Source: Candidatus Kaiserbacteria bacterium (GTDB lineage: Bacteria > Patescibacteriota > Minisyncoccia > Phycocordibacterales > Phycocordibacteraceae). From it: 59,472 nt of DNA. A model generated the notes under the pieces. It had not been told where the DNA came from, did not search any database, and saw nothing but the letters and a program-made list of their open reading frames with translations. The stretch lies in assembly GCA_026396675.1 (NCBI GenBank), contig JAPLWI010000011.1:1-59472 (forward strand), read 5' to 3'. The position numbers were made by a program, and so were the translations under genes. How positions within the stretch are numbered: the first letter of the stretch is position 1; each line of letters opens with the position of its first letter. Shown here piece after piece: positions 44,270 to 55,598 of the stretch.

Positions 44270-44434
44270 ATGAACATTTTCTTTTGGTCAAATTGGCTGT
44301 TCTATCCGTTGGTTATTGTCTTCATGATTGTTGTCGCTGCAATAGTCTTCCATAGACCTCCGAAGAAGACGGGCAAAGGATTCAAGAGACCCGCAGATAG
44401 AAATAGAGTTTCCTACTTTCGATACCAAAGATAA
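44270..44434 (+). CDS. Small (54 aa) single-pass membrane protein, absent from the ORF track
   Basis: SD AAGGAGAAGGAGG lies 6-8 nt before the ATG. The product is MNIFFWSNWLFYPLVIVFMIVVAAIVFHRPPKKTGKGFKRPADRNRVSYFRYQR (a TM helix plus a basic tail). A terminator follows immediately. Confidence 0.55.
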   Translation: MNIFFWSNWLFYPLVIVFMIVVAAIVFHRPPKKTGKGFKRPADRNRVSYFRYQR

Positions 44435-44436
44435 TT

Positions 44437-44477
44437 CCGCCCACAACAGAACCGTTGGAGGGCGGTTTCTGTTTTTT
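44437..44477 (+). terminator. Rho-independent terminator
   Basis: CCGCCC...GGGCGG outer stem with an inner CAAC/GTTG stem, then TTTCTGTTTTTT. Confidence 0.7.
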
Positions 44478-44754
44478 ATAACCGTGAGCAAGGACTCCAT
44501 TTGCTCATTGTTTACACGAGGTTGAACCTCGTGCACCTCATGCATAAATCCTTATCCACACTTGCGCGGAATAGGGTCTTTATGGTATCTTCAAAAGTAT
44601 AGATTTGAGTGAGTAATGAAGGGCTGGAGCGAAATTGATTAATACGGGAACTACATAAAAACGCAAAAGCGAGGCGAATCCGTGTGCGTTTGTATTTATA
44701 TATTTTACTGTTAGAGAAAAATCTTAATTATTTACCACTTCACGCCACCACCAC

Positions 44755-47700
44755 ATGCGTAAAAACCTCGTTCAGAAAACATTCGGTGCATATCAAGCAC
44801 CACGAGTACCATTTCCGGATCTCGTCGGGCATCAACGCAACTCGTTCGAGTGGCTTCTCACTGACGGTCTCAAGGAGCTTTTCAAAGAATTCTCGCCGAT
44901 TGCTGATTATTCAGGAAAGAAGTTTGAACTTCGATTTGAAAGTTTTGAAATCGGTGAACCAAAATATGATGAGGACTTCGCACGCGAAAACATTCGCACT
45001 TATGAAGCACCGGTAAAAGCAACTGTGAAGCTTATTAATAAGACACTTGGATCGGAGAAATCACAGGAAATTTTCCTTGCGGATATACCGCTCATGACAC
45101 CTCACGGCTCTTTCATCGTGTCAGGGGTTGAGCGCGTCATCGTTCCGCAGTTAGCACGTTCATTCGGCGCATTTTTTGTTTCAGAACTTCTGCGCGGTAA
45201 GTCGTTCTTCGGCGCTAAAATCATTCCTTTGCGTGGCGTTTGGATTGAATTTGAATCGGAGGCGGATGGTGCTATTTTTGTGAAAATTGACCGGAAGCGA
45301 AAGTTCCCTATTACCGAATTACTTACCGTCTTTGGCGGCGGTGTTGGCGAATCAGTAGCAAAGCATTTCGCAAACGATCCGCTCGCGCTCTCGGCGATTA
45401 AAGCGACACTTGAGCATGATGAAGCCAAATCGGTTGAAGAGGCCTATATAGAAATCCATCGACGTATGCGCGACGGCGATCTCGCGACGCCAGAGAACGC
45501 AAAGAATTTCGTGCAGTCACTCTTTTCTGCCGAGCGTTATGATATCGGGAAAATCGGTCGCCATCGCCTCAACACGCGTTTCGGTCTGCCGGTGACAGAG
45601 AAAGCGCTTGAGAAGCGCACACTTACACTCGCTGACTTCGTTCATATTATTTCAGAAATCACGAGATTAAATGCAGATCCTTCAGCGCGTCCAGATGACA
45701 TAGACCACCTTGGTTTTCGCCGCGTACGATTTGTCGGCGAACTCCTGCAGGCGCGTATGCGCGTCGGAATGAGTCGTATGAAACGAAATATTCAAGATCG
45801 TATGTCTACAACGCAGACCGAAACAACGCTCCCAATGACACTCGTCAATCCACGCCCGTTCCATGCATCAGTTCATGAATTCTTCACCGCCAACCAGCTC
45901 TCGCAGTTTATGGATCAACAGAATATTCTCGCCGAACTAGAAAATATGCGCACACTTTCCGCACTCGGCCCAGGAGGGCTCACCCGCGAGCGAGCTGGCT
46001 TTGAAGTTCGTGATGTGCATCCGTCGCACTATGGACGTCTGTGTCCAATCCACACACCAGAAGGTCAGAACATCGGACTTATTCTTCGCCTTGCAACACA
46101 CGCACGAACTAACGATTTCGGCGTTATTGAAACGCCATACGCTCGCGTGAAGAACGGTGTAGTGACAAAAGATATTGTGTACCTCAACGCGCTGGATGAA
46201 GAGCTTGAAACAATAGCACACGGCGCAACCAAGCTTGATGAGAACGATCGCATCACGACTGACCTTGTTGAAGCACGCCATAAGGGCGAACCGGTCATTG
46301 TCGCACGCGATGCAATCACTCTTATTGATTCTTCGCCATATCAAATGTTTTCTATTGCGACCGATATGATTCCATTCGTGAATCATGACGACGCGAACCG
46401 TGCCTTAATGGGTTCAAATATGCAGAAGCAGGCAACGCCGATTCTTATTCCTGAAGCGCCTTTGGTCGCCACTGGTATCGAATCACACGCTGCGCGCAGT
46501 ACAAGTCGTCTCGTGCTCGCCACTGAGTCCGGAGAAGTTACTCATGTTGAAGCGCGAAAAATTATTGTGAAAAACAAGGAGGGGAAGTTGAAGGAATATC
46601 GTTTGCAAGGACTTACACGAACAAATCAAAATTCCGCGTTTATGCAGCGACCATCAGTCAACATTGGTATGACTGTGAAAAAGGGCGACGTACTCGCAGA
46701 CAATTCTTCAACTGACCATGGTCAACTCGCGTTGGGTCAAAATGTCCGCGTTGCTTTCATGAGTTGGAACGGTGCGAACTACGAGGACGCCATCGTCATC
46801 TCCGAACGTCTTGTTGAAGATGCTAAATTCACGACTGTTCATATTGAGGATTTTGAATGTATCGTGCGCGACACGAAACTCGGTCCTGAAACGACGACCC
46901 ACGATATCCCGAATGTTGGTGAACTTCGGCTTAAGAATCTTGATGAAGAAGGTGTCATTCGTATTGGCGCAGAAGTGCGTCCCAGCGATATTCTTGTCGG
47001 TAAAGTAACCCCAAAGGGTGAGACACAACTTACTCCAGAAGAACGGCTTCTGCGAAGCATCTTTGGCGACAAGGCGAAAGATGTGAAAGATACTTCTCTT
47101 CGCATGGAAGGTGGCAAGCGCGGTCGCGTCATCGGTGTTCGAATTTTCTCGCGAGAGCGCGGTGACCAGCTAGAAACAGGCATTATTAAAAAGATTGTCG
47201 TTACAGTCGCGCAGGTTCGAAATGTAAGCGTCGGCGACAAACTCGCAGGACGACATGGCAATAAAGGTGTTATCAGTCGCATATTGCCGGTTGAAGATAT
47301 GCCGTATGACAAGGACGGCAATCCAGTCGATATCATTCTCACTCCACTCGGTGTTCCGAGTCGTATGAATCTTGGGCAAATTCTTGAAATGCATTTAGGT
47401 CTTGCGGCGTACACTCTTGGTTATCAGGCGATCGTTCCGCCATTTGCCGGTGCGTCCGCAGATGAAATTCGCGACGAACTCGTCAAGGCCGGCTTCGCGA
47501 AAAATGGGAAAATACAATTATATGACGGCCAATCTGGCGAACCATTCGCACAAACAATCTCGGTCGGTTACATGTATGTTTTTAAACTGCATCACATGGT
47601 GGAGGATAAAATTCATATGCGTTCAATCGGTCCTTATTCTCTCATCACTCAACAACCGCTCGGCGGCAAAGCACAGAACGGCGGACAACGATTCGGCGAA

Positions 47701-47931
47701 ATGGAAGTTTGGGCTCTTCTTGGTTACGGCGCCGCTTACACGCTTCGCGAAATGCTTACGATAAAATCGGACGATATTCAAGGTCGTTCAGCGGCCTTCG
47801 ACGCTATCGTAAAGAATGAATCTATTAGTCATACCGGCACCCCTGCATCATTTGCTGTCCTTACGAATCAGATCCGCGGGCTTGCGCTGGATGTTGAGCC
47901 GATAAATCTATCGCCAGAACCGGAAGAATAA
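44755..47931 (+). CDS. rpoB: DNA-directed RNA polymerase beta subunit
   Basis: Conserved throughout (PHGSFIVSGVERVIV, NHDDANRALMGSNMQKQA, GRHGNKGV, GGQRFGEMEVWAL). Confidence 0.98.
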   Translation: MRKNLVQKTFGAYQAPRVPFPDLVGHQRNSFEWLLTDGLKELFKEFSPIADYSGKKFELRFESFEIGEPKYDEDFARENIRTYEAPVKATVKLINKTLGSEKSQEIFLADIPLMTPHGSFIVSGVERVIVPQLARSFGAFFVSELLRGKSFFGAKIIPLRGVWIEFESEADGAIFVKIDRKRKFPITELLTVFGGGVGESVAKHFANDPLALSAIKATLEHDEAKSVEEAYIEIHRRMRDGDLATPENAKNFVQSLFSAERYDIGKIGRHRLNTRFGLPVTEKALEKRTLTLADFVHIISEITRLNADPSARPDDIDHLGFRRVRFVGELLQARMRVGMSRMKRNIQDRMSTTQTETTLPMTLVNPRPFHASVHEFFTANQLSQFMDQQNILAELENMRTLSALGPGGLTRERAGFEVRDVHPSHYGRLCPIHTPEGQNIGLILRLATHARTNDFGVIETPYARVKNGVVTKDIVYLNALDEELETIAHGATKLDENDRITTDLVEARHKGEPVIVARDAITLIDSSPYQMFSIATDMIPFVNHDDANRALMGSNMQKQATPILIPEAPLVATGIESHAARSTSRLVLATESGEVTHVEARKIIVKNKEGKLKEYRLQGLTRTNQNSAFMQRPSVNIGMTVKKGDVLADNSSTDHGQLALGQNVRVAFMSWNGANYEDAIVISERLVEDAKFTTVHIEDFECIVRDTKLGPETTTHDIPNVGELRLKNLDEEGVIRIGAEVRPSDILVGKVTPKGETQLTPEERLLRSIFGDKAKDVKDTSLRMEGGKRGRVIGVRIFSRERGDQLETGIIKKIVVTVAQVRNVSVGDKLAGRHGNKGVISRILPVEDMPYDKDGNPVDIILTPLGVPSRMNLGQILEMHLGLAAYTLGYQAIVPPFAGASADEIRDELVKAGFAKNGKIQLYDGQSGEPFAQTISVGYMYVFKLHHMVEDKIHMRSIGPYSLITQQPLGGKAQNGGQRFGEMEVWALLGYGAAYTLREMLTIKSDDIQGRSAAFDAIVKNESISHTGTPASFAVLTNQIRGLALDVEPINLSPEPEE

Positions 47932-47959
47932 TTTTATTAATTTCCCTCACCCCTTAATT

Positions 47960-50900
47960 ATGGCACCAAATTCCCGCAGCAGTTTCTCCTCGCGCATGCC
48001 TGCCGGCCAGCTTCACCAAGCGAGCCGTCAGGATATGTGGAATGGATTACGCCTCACTCTCGCGTCACCTGAACGCATCCTCGCGTGGTCATCAGGCGAA
48101 GTGACCAAACCAGAAACAATCAATTATCGTACCCAGCGCTCAGAGAAACACGGGCTTTTCGATGAAAAAATATTCGGTCCGGAAAAGGACTATGAATGTT
48201 ACTGCGGAAAATATAAGGGTATCCGCTACAAAGGAATAGTTTGCGACAAGTGCGGCGTCGAGATCACTCGCTCGATTGTTCGTCGCGAAAGAATGGGACA
48301 CATCGAACTATGCACACCAGTCGCGCACATTTGGTTCCTGCGGAGCGTTCCATCTCGCATGGCGCTCTTACTCGGCGCACCAGCGGCGGATATAGAAAAA
48401 GTAGTATATTTCGCGGGATACATCGTTACCAAAATTGCAGAGGAAGAAAAGAAACGTCTCATTAGCGAACTTGAAGGCGAATACAAATCAAAATATAAGT
48501 CGCTCGGGAGTGATGCAGAACGCGATGCACTTAAAGAAAAAATGACCTTTGCGAAGAATGAAATCGAGAGTGTCATCGTCGGAAAGGTTCTCGACGAACT
48601 CGAATATCATCGCTTTTCTGTGAAATATGGAGGCCTCTTCGATGCGCGTATCGGTGCAGAAGCAATTTACGATATTTTCCGCTCCATGGATTTGAAAGCA
48701 CTAGAGAAGACGCTCTCGGCTCGTTATGAGAAAGCCGGTGCCGCTGAGCGCGAGAAACTCGCAAAACGTCTATCGCTTATTGCCGGTCTCATTGCGTCTG
48801 GCATTCGCCCAGAATGGCTCTTCCTTACTCGCATTCCTGTTATTCCACCGGCATTACGGCCAATGGTCGCGCTTGAAGGTGGCCGCCACGCGACTTCTGA
48901 TGTGAACGATCTTTATCGCCGCGTTATAAACCGTAACAATCGTCTCAAGAAACTAATTGATATTCACGCGCCAGAAGTAATTCTCAGAAATGAAAAGCGC
49001 ATTCTTCAGGAGGCCGTTGATGCACTTCTCGATAATTCCATCAGAAAAAGCGGCGCTTCTGCAGGAGCCATTACGCTCGCACAGCGTCGTCCACTCAAGT
49101 CACTCGCAGATTATCTTAAAGGGAAACAAGGATATTTCCGTCAGAACCTGCTCGGCAAGCGCGTTGATTATTCTGGTCGTTCAGTCATCGTCGTCGGTCC
49201 AGATCTTGAACTTGATGAATGCGGACTTCCGAAACATATGGCGCTTGAACTTTTCCGCCCGTTTGTTATCGCAGGATTCCTTGAGCGAGAACTCGCCTTC
49301 AATATCCGCGGCGCCGGTCGTCTCATCGAAGACGGTGTGCCGGAAGTGTGGGAAATACTCGAAGAGGCAATTGCCAATAAATATGTACTCCTAAACCGCG
49401 CGCCGACGCTTCACCGCCAAGGCATCCAAGCGTTCCGTCCGCGACTAATTGAAGGCGATGCTATTCAACTCCACCCGCTAGTTTGTAATGCTTTCAACGC
49501 TGACTTCGACGGCGACCAAATGGCGGTTCATGTTCCGCTCTCGGAAGAAGCGCAGTGGGAGGCCGAGCATATAATGAGTGCTAATAAAAATATTCTAAAA
49601 CCGGGCTCAGGCGATATAATAGTACTTACAGGCAAACCACTTGATATTATTCTCGGCGTCTACTGGCTTACGAAGGCGGTTGAAAAAGCGAAGGGTGAAG
49701 GTGATCATTTCTCTTCTCCAAACTCGGCAATTCTCGCATCCGAATATGATGCTATCAACATACGCGCAAAGATTAAGATATTGCCGGTCGCCGGCAAAGA
49801 AAAATACGCGATGTTTGATGGACATCCATTCGAAACGACGGTTGGTCGGCTTCTCTTCAATACCGTGCTCCCAGCCAACTATCCGTTCGTGAACGAAACG
49901 ATTACTAAAAAAGTCCTAGCACGTATCGTGACCGATTGTATTGCGCGCTACGGACTTGATGCTGTGCCGGATATCGTGAACAAGGTAAAACACTTTGGTT
50001 TTGAGTATGCTACGAAATCCGGTGTTTCTTGGTGTGTTGATGATGTCTCCGTGCCGAAGAAGAAGCCGGAAGTCGTTGAACGGGCTGCCGTTAAAGTGGC
50101 GAAGATTGAAGAAGAGTATAAAAGCGGACTTCTTTCTGAAGAAGAGAAACGCCGCATGGTTATAGAAATTTGGCAGGCAACGAAACAAGAAGTCGAACAG
50201 CTTGTTGCCGAAGAACTAGACCCAATGGGTTCAGTCGCCGATATGGTGCGGAGCGGTGCGCGTGGCTCAATGGGTAACTTGACTCAAATGGCCGGAATGA
50301 AGGGTCTCATTCAAAATACCATTGGAGAAACCATTGAAGTCCCGATCGCATCTTCCTTCAGCGAAGGATTGAATCCGATTGAGTATTTCATGTCCACACA
50401 CGGTTCACGCAAAGGTCTCACCGATATGGCGCTTGGTACCGCGAAGGCCGGTTACCTTACGCGTCGTCTCTTCGATGTTGCGCAGGATTCAATCGTAACC
50501 GAGAAGGATTGCGGCACATCGCGTGGAGTGAAGATTAATCGCATCAGCGCTTCTGGCATTCAGATTGATTACGCTGAGGCGCTTAGAGGCCGTGTTCTTG
50601 CGGAGGATGTAAAGGATGCAGACGGAACGGTTCTCTTTAAGAAAAAGCATTACCTCTCCGCTGGTGATGCTGAAGCAATTGCAGCTTCTTCTATTTCTTC
50701 TATTGTTGCTCGTTCGCCGATGTCTTGCGAAACGCGTTACGGCATCTGTCAGACCTGCTATGGCATGGATCTCACAACACAAGAATCCGTTGATCTTGGA
50801 GAAGCGGTTGGTACTGTTGCCGCACAAGCAATCGGTGAACCGGGCACACAACTCACACTTCGTACCTTCCACCAAGGTGGCGTGGCTTCAGTAGGTGGTG

Positions 50901-51709
50901 ACATCACCGGAGGTCTTCCGCGCGTTGAAGAGGTCTTTGAAAAACGCTCGCCAAAAAATCCGGCGGTCATCTCGAAATCGGATGGTATTGTCACAGAAAT
51001 AAAAGATGCTGGTCGTGAGAAAATAATCGTCGTCGCACCGATAAAAGGGCAAGGGAAAAAAGATGGATCGGAATATGAATATCTCGCGCCATATCCGCGC
51101 GTCTCTCTTGTGAAAGAAGGCGATACAGTATCGAAGGGCCAGATTCTTACTGACGGTTCTGCCGACCTCGACGACCTCTTCGAATATGCCGGCCGTGCAG
51201 TGGTGCAGGAATATATTATCGCCGAAGCGTCGAAAATCTACGAATTGCAAGGCGCTCATGTATCACGTAAGCACCTCGAAGTCATTGTGAAGCAGATGTT
51301 TTCACGCATGAAAATTACCGATGCAGGGGATACCGATTATTCAATAGGCGATGTTTTAGAGGACTGGGAATTTGCGAAAGCGGTGACGGAGATGGAGGCA
51401 GCGAATAAAATAGCGCCGCAGGCGCGTGAGATTGTGCTTGGCATCAAAGAGAGCGCGCTTTCGCGTCGCTCATTCCTCTCCGCGGCATCCTTTGAGCAGA
51501 CAACGAAGATTCTTATCAACGCGGCGCTTAAAGGCAGTGTAGATCGCTTGCGCGGACTGAAGGAAAACATTATTCTCGGGCGTCTCATTCCATCAGGAAC
51601 AGGTTTCGCGGGAAGTAAGAAATACTCGCACATTACGAAACTTCAATCCGAACGGCCAGTAGCACCATCTTCACGCCCGAGCTATTCGCGCGCTCCTAGG
51701 GCACTCTAA
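47960..51709 (+). CDS. rpoC: DNA-directed RNA polymerase beta' subunit
   Basis: Zn ribbon CYCGKYKG...CDKCGVE, NADFDGDQMAVH catalytic loop, RGLKENIILGRLIPSGTG. Confidence 0.98.
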   Translation: MAPNSRSSFSSRMPAGQLHQASRQDMWNGLRLTLASPERILAWSSGEVTKPETINYRTQRSEKHGLFDEKIFGPEKDYECYCGKYKGIRYKGIVCDKCGVEITRSIVRRERMGHIELCTPVAHIWFLRSVPSRMALLLGAPAADIEKVVYFAGYIVTKIAEEEKKRLISELEGEYKSKYKSLGSDAERDALKEKMTFAKNEIESVIVGKVLDELEYHRFSVKYGGLFDARIGAEAIYDIFRSMDLKALEKTLSARYEKAGAAEREKLAKRLSLIAGLIASGIRPEWLFLTRIPVIPPALRPMVALEGGRHATSDVNDLYRRVINRNNRLKKLIDIHAPEVILRNEKRILQEAVDALLDNSIRKSGASAGAITLAQRRPLKSLADYLKGKQGYFRQNLLGKRVDYSGRSVIVVGPDLELDECGLPKHMALELFRPFVIAGFLERELAFNIRGAGRLIEDGVPEVWEILEEAIANKYVLLNRAPTLHRQGIQAFRPRLIEGDAIQLHPLVCNAFNADFDGDQMAVHVPLSEEAQWEAEHIMSANKNILKPGSGDIIVLTGKPLDIILGVYWLTKAVEKAKGEGDHFSSPNSAILASEYDAINIRAKIKILPVAGKEKYAMFDGHPFETTVGRLLFNTVLPANYPFVNETITKKVLARIVTDCIARYGLDAVPDIVNKVKHFGFEYATKSGVSWCVDDVSVPKKKPEVVERAAVKVAKIEEEYKSGLLSEEEKRRMVIEIWQATKQEVEQLVAEELDPMGSVADMVRSGARGSMGNLTQMAGMKGLIQNTIGETIEVPIASSFSEGLNPIEYFMSTHGSRKGLTDMALGTAKAGYLTRRLFDVAQDSIVTEKDCGTSRGVKINRISASGIQIDYAEALRGRVLAEDVKDADGTVLFKKKHYLSAGDAEAIAASSISSIVARSPMSCETRYGICQTCYGMDLTTQESVDLGEAVGTVAAQAIGEPGTQLTLRTFHQGGVASVGGDITGGLPRVEEVFEKRSPKNPAVISKSDGIVTEIKDAGREKIIVVAPIKGQGKKDGSEYEYLAPYPRVSLVKEGDTVSKGQILTDGSADLDDLFEYAGRAVVQEYIIAEASKIYELQGAHVSRKHLEVIVKQMFSRMKITDAGDTDYSIGDVLEDWEFAKAVTEMEAANKIAPQAREIVLGIKESALSRRSFLSAASFEQTTKILINAALKGSVDRLRGLKENIILGRLIPSGTGFAGSKKYSHITKLQSERPVAPSSRPSYSRAPRAL

Positions 51710-51732
51710 AATTCTGCAAAGGTTTCTATTTC

Positions 51733-51762
51733 TTTGTCAAGCACCAGCGCAGCAAGGTAGAA
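51733..51762 (+). promoter_or_regulatory. Candidate dnaG-rpoD promoter
   Basis: TTGTCA-N18-TAGAAT, 10 nt before ATG 51773. Confidence 0.4.
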
Positions 51763-51772
51763 TCAAGAGAAT

Positions 51773-53470
51773 ATGACCGACACTGTCGCGCAGATTAAGG
51801 AGCGCCTGACGATTCAGGATATCGTGGCGCCATATGTAAAATTGACGAAGGCAGGGAAGTCACTCGTCGGGCTCTGCCCATTCCATAAAGAGAAAACAGC
51901 ATCTTTTCATGTCTCGCTTGATCGCGGCACATGGCACTGCTTCGGCTGTGGACTGGGCGGTGACGGATTTTCTTTTATCGAAAAAGTTGAAGGTGTTGAT
52001 TTCAAAGGCGCGTTAAAAATTCTCGCAGAGAAAGCAGGAGTTCAAATTACTACCATATATGGTAGTGGCGGCGGGAAAGAAGATGTATCAAAAAAAGATC
52101 GCTTGCGCGAAGTGATTAGCAGAGCGAGCGAGTGGTATGCAGGAAAACTTGTCGGGAGTCCAGCCGAAACATACGCGAAGCAGCGCGGCCTCTCGAAAGA
52201 GACCATTCATTCATGGCGTCTCGGCTACGCGCCAGACGCGTGGCGCGCGCTCCTTGAAGCACTTTCAGCTGAAGGATTCACAGTGCAAGAACTTCTCGCA
52301 GCAGGATTGATAAAGGAGGCCGATGGGAAGACCGGCACGTTTTATGATCGTTTCCGCAATCGGCTGATGTTTCCGATTACAGACAACGCCGGTCGTGTTG
52401 TCGCATTCACTGGACGCGCTCTGTCCGCGGACGACCAGGCGAAATATCTCAATAGTCCAGAAACGGAGTTGTATCATAAGTCAGAAATTCTTTTCGGCAT
52501 AGACCGCGCAAAAGATGCGATTCGCACGCGCAAGTTCGCTCTTCTCGTTGAAGGTCAAATGGACGTCTTGCTCGCGCATCAAATCGGTTTTGAAAACGCA
52601 ATCGCACTTTCTGGCACAGCACTCTCAGAAAAGCACCTCGCGCTTATTAAACGTTACAGTGAAAATCTTTTGCTAGTCCTCGATGCCGATACAGCAGGAC
52701 TTTCTGCGACTGCAAGATCTGCTGCACTCGCGCTATCTCGCGGACTGCAAGTAAAAGCGGCCCGACTTCCAAAAGGAAAAGATCCAGCAGAACTCATCAG
52801 TGGAGATACAGCTACTGGCAAAAAGGAATTTTCAAAATACATTACAGCCGCGAAACCGATTGTTGAATTTTTCTTGGTGTCTTTGACAGAACGAGAGCGT
52901 GATCCACACCGACTTATTTCTGCCGCCGAACGAATCATTCTTCCGCTTATTGCCGCAATGCAGAGCCCCATGGAGCGCGAACATTTCATACAAATCACTG
53001 CCCGCACACTTGGACTTTCAAATGAGGCAGTTCGCGATTCGCTTACTAAATTACCTCGCGCGAGTGTGGAAGAGACCGTGACCATGAAGGATTCTGTCAC
53101 CGTGATAAAACGATCTGCACGCCAAAATCGCGAAGAGACGCTTCTTGCCGTTGTCCACGCGTATCCTGATACCCCCCTTGCCGAACGCGTCAAAACGAGG
53201 TATCTTCAGATTACTGAAGCCGACCAATTGCCCGCCGATGCTCCTGTGGAGCCGGCCCTTTTCGAAGCGGAACGGTTGTTCGGCAAAGATCCGGAAGAAG
53301 ACGCGGCGGATGAACTCCTCCGTGTTTTTGAAGAATTAGTGGTTCGAGAGGCGTATCAAGAAGCAGTGACGCATCTGCGAAGAATAGAATCCTCGGGAGA
53401 TGCAAAGGCAATCGAGAGCGCACAGGCGCAGTGTGCGAAAATTTCTACCCGTCTTGCCGTATTCGGATAA
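51773..53470 (+). CDS. dnaG: DNA primase
   Basis: [34 protein letters not shown] zinc finger and a TOPRIM domain ([18 protein letters not shown]). Confidence 0.95.
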   Translation: MTDTVAQIKERLTIQDIVAPYVKLTKAGKSLVGLCPFHKEKTASFHVSLDRGTWHCFGCGLGGDGFSFIEKVEGVDFKGALKILAEKAGVQITTIYGSGGGKEDVSKKDRLREVISRASEWYAGKLVGSPAETYAKQRGLSKETIHSWRLGYAPDAWRALLEALSAEGFTVQELLAAGLIKEADGKTGTFYDRFRNRLMFPITDNAGRVVAFTGRALSADDQAKYLNSPETELYHKSEILFGIDRAKDAIRTRKFALLVEGQMDVLLAHQIGFENAIALSGTALSEKHLALIKRYSENLLLVLDADTAGLSATARSAALALSRGLQVKAARLPKGKDPAELISGDTATGKKEFSKYITAAKPIVEFFLVSLTERERDPHRLISAAERIILPLIAAMQSPMEREHFIQITARTLGLSNEAVRDSLTKLPRASVEETVTMKDSVTVIKRSARQNREETLLAVVHAYPDTPLAERVKTRYLQITEADQLPADAPVEPALFEAERLFGKDPEEDAADELLRVFEELVVREAYQEAVTHLRRIESSGDAKAIESAQAQCAKISTRLAVFG

Positions 53471-53492
53471 CTCACCTATCTATTTTTTCATC

Positions 53493-54725
<1,233 letters not shown>

Positions 54726-54731
54726 ATAATT

Positions 54732-55562
54732 ATGGGAAAGAGAATGAAACTCCCGATTAAACACTGGAGTCATTCGTCCTTAATGGCTTTTTTAAGGAAC
54801 CCATTGGCGTGGTACAAGCGATATGTAGAAGAAATATATGACACTCCTAGAACTCCCGCATCTATTGTCGGGAGCGCGGGGCACCTCGCGCTCGAGCATT
54901 TTTATCGGGGCGAAGCAAAGAATGTCGCAATGCAGAAAGGTCTTGAATATCTGCGCGCCATTTCAGATGCTGATATTGATTTCGGTAAATTAAAAACACG
55001 TCGTGCGAAGAAGGAAAAGCGCGCGGCGATGGAACGAGAATATCTCCAAGCAATTTCTTTTTATCTTGAGCGACCGCCGCGGCACAAAGTGCTTGGTGTT
55101 GAAGTAAAAGGCGTGGTGTCGGTCGACGGGCTTCTTCTACCAATTAAAGCCGTTTCGGATTTGGTTGTCGTCTCAAAGATTGAGAAAGGCGCTGTTGATA
55201 TCATTGACCATAAATTCGTTGCATCGTTTAGCAAAGGAGGCGCGGAAAAGACGCTTTTTATGATTCAAGCGATTTTCAATTATTACACCGTCAGAGAACT
55301 TTTCGGCAAACCGGTACGGCGGTTTATCGTCTATGAATGCAAAAAAACAAAAAACGCCGATGGAAGCAAACAAGTGCGACGGTATGAAATTGATTTCCAA
55401 AATCATGAAGAGGACTTCTCAGTTTTCCATCGACTACTAAACGACGCGACAACGGAAATCTCTCGTCGGCGCATCTATTTGCCGAATCCTTCTGACATGT
55501 TTGAAGGCGAAAATTCTTTTGATATATACCGCCTTGGCCTGGTGGATGATTCCACGAGGTGA
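54732..55562 (+). CDS. PD-(D/E)XK (RecB/Cas4-like) nuclease family protein
   Basis: WSHSSLMAF...YV, GSAGHLALEHFY, AVSDLVV...VDIIDHKF (D ... D-x-K arrangement). Confidence 0.65.
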   Translation: MGKRMKLPIKHWSHSSLMAFLRNPLAWYKRYVEEIYDTPRTPASIVGSAGHLALEHFYRGEAKNVAMQKGLEYLRAISDADIDFGKLKTRRAKKEKRAAMEREYLQAISFYLERPPRHKVLGVEVKGVVSVDGLLLPIKAVSDLVVVSKIEKGAVDIIDHKFVASFSKGGAEKTLFMIQAIFNYYTVRELFGKPVRRFIVYECKKTKNADGSKQVRRYEIDFQNHEEDFSVFHRLLNDATTEISRRRIYLPNPSDMFEGENSFDIYRLGLVDDSTR

Positions 55563-55598
55563 CACCTTACGGAAACCGTAAGGTGTCACCTCGTGGAA
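55550..55598. terminator. Perfect 23-bp-arm hairpin between convergent genes (bidirectional terminator-like); both stop codons lie in its arms
   Basis: TTCCACGAGGTGACACCTTACGG-AAA-CCGTAAGGTGTCACCTCGTGGAA. Confidence 0.75.

Noticed and set aside
44552-44560. Perfect DnaA box TTATCCACA at 44552-44560, with its reverse complement TGTGGATAA at 59428-59436, considered as a possible oriC signal
   Set aside because: Only two isolated boxes are present, 15 kb apart. There is no cluster, no A+T-rich unwinding element and no dnaA/dnaN neighbour. One or two perfect 9-mers are within roughly chance expectation for about 119 kb of double-stranded sequence.
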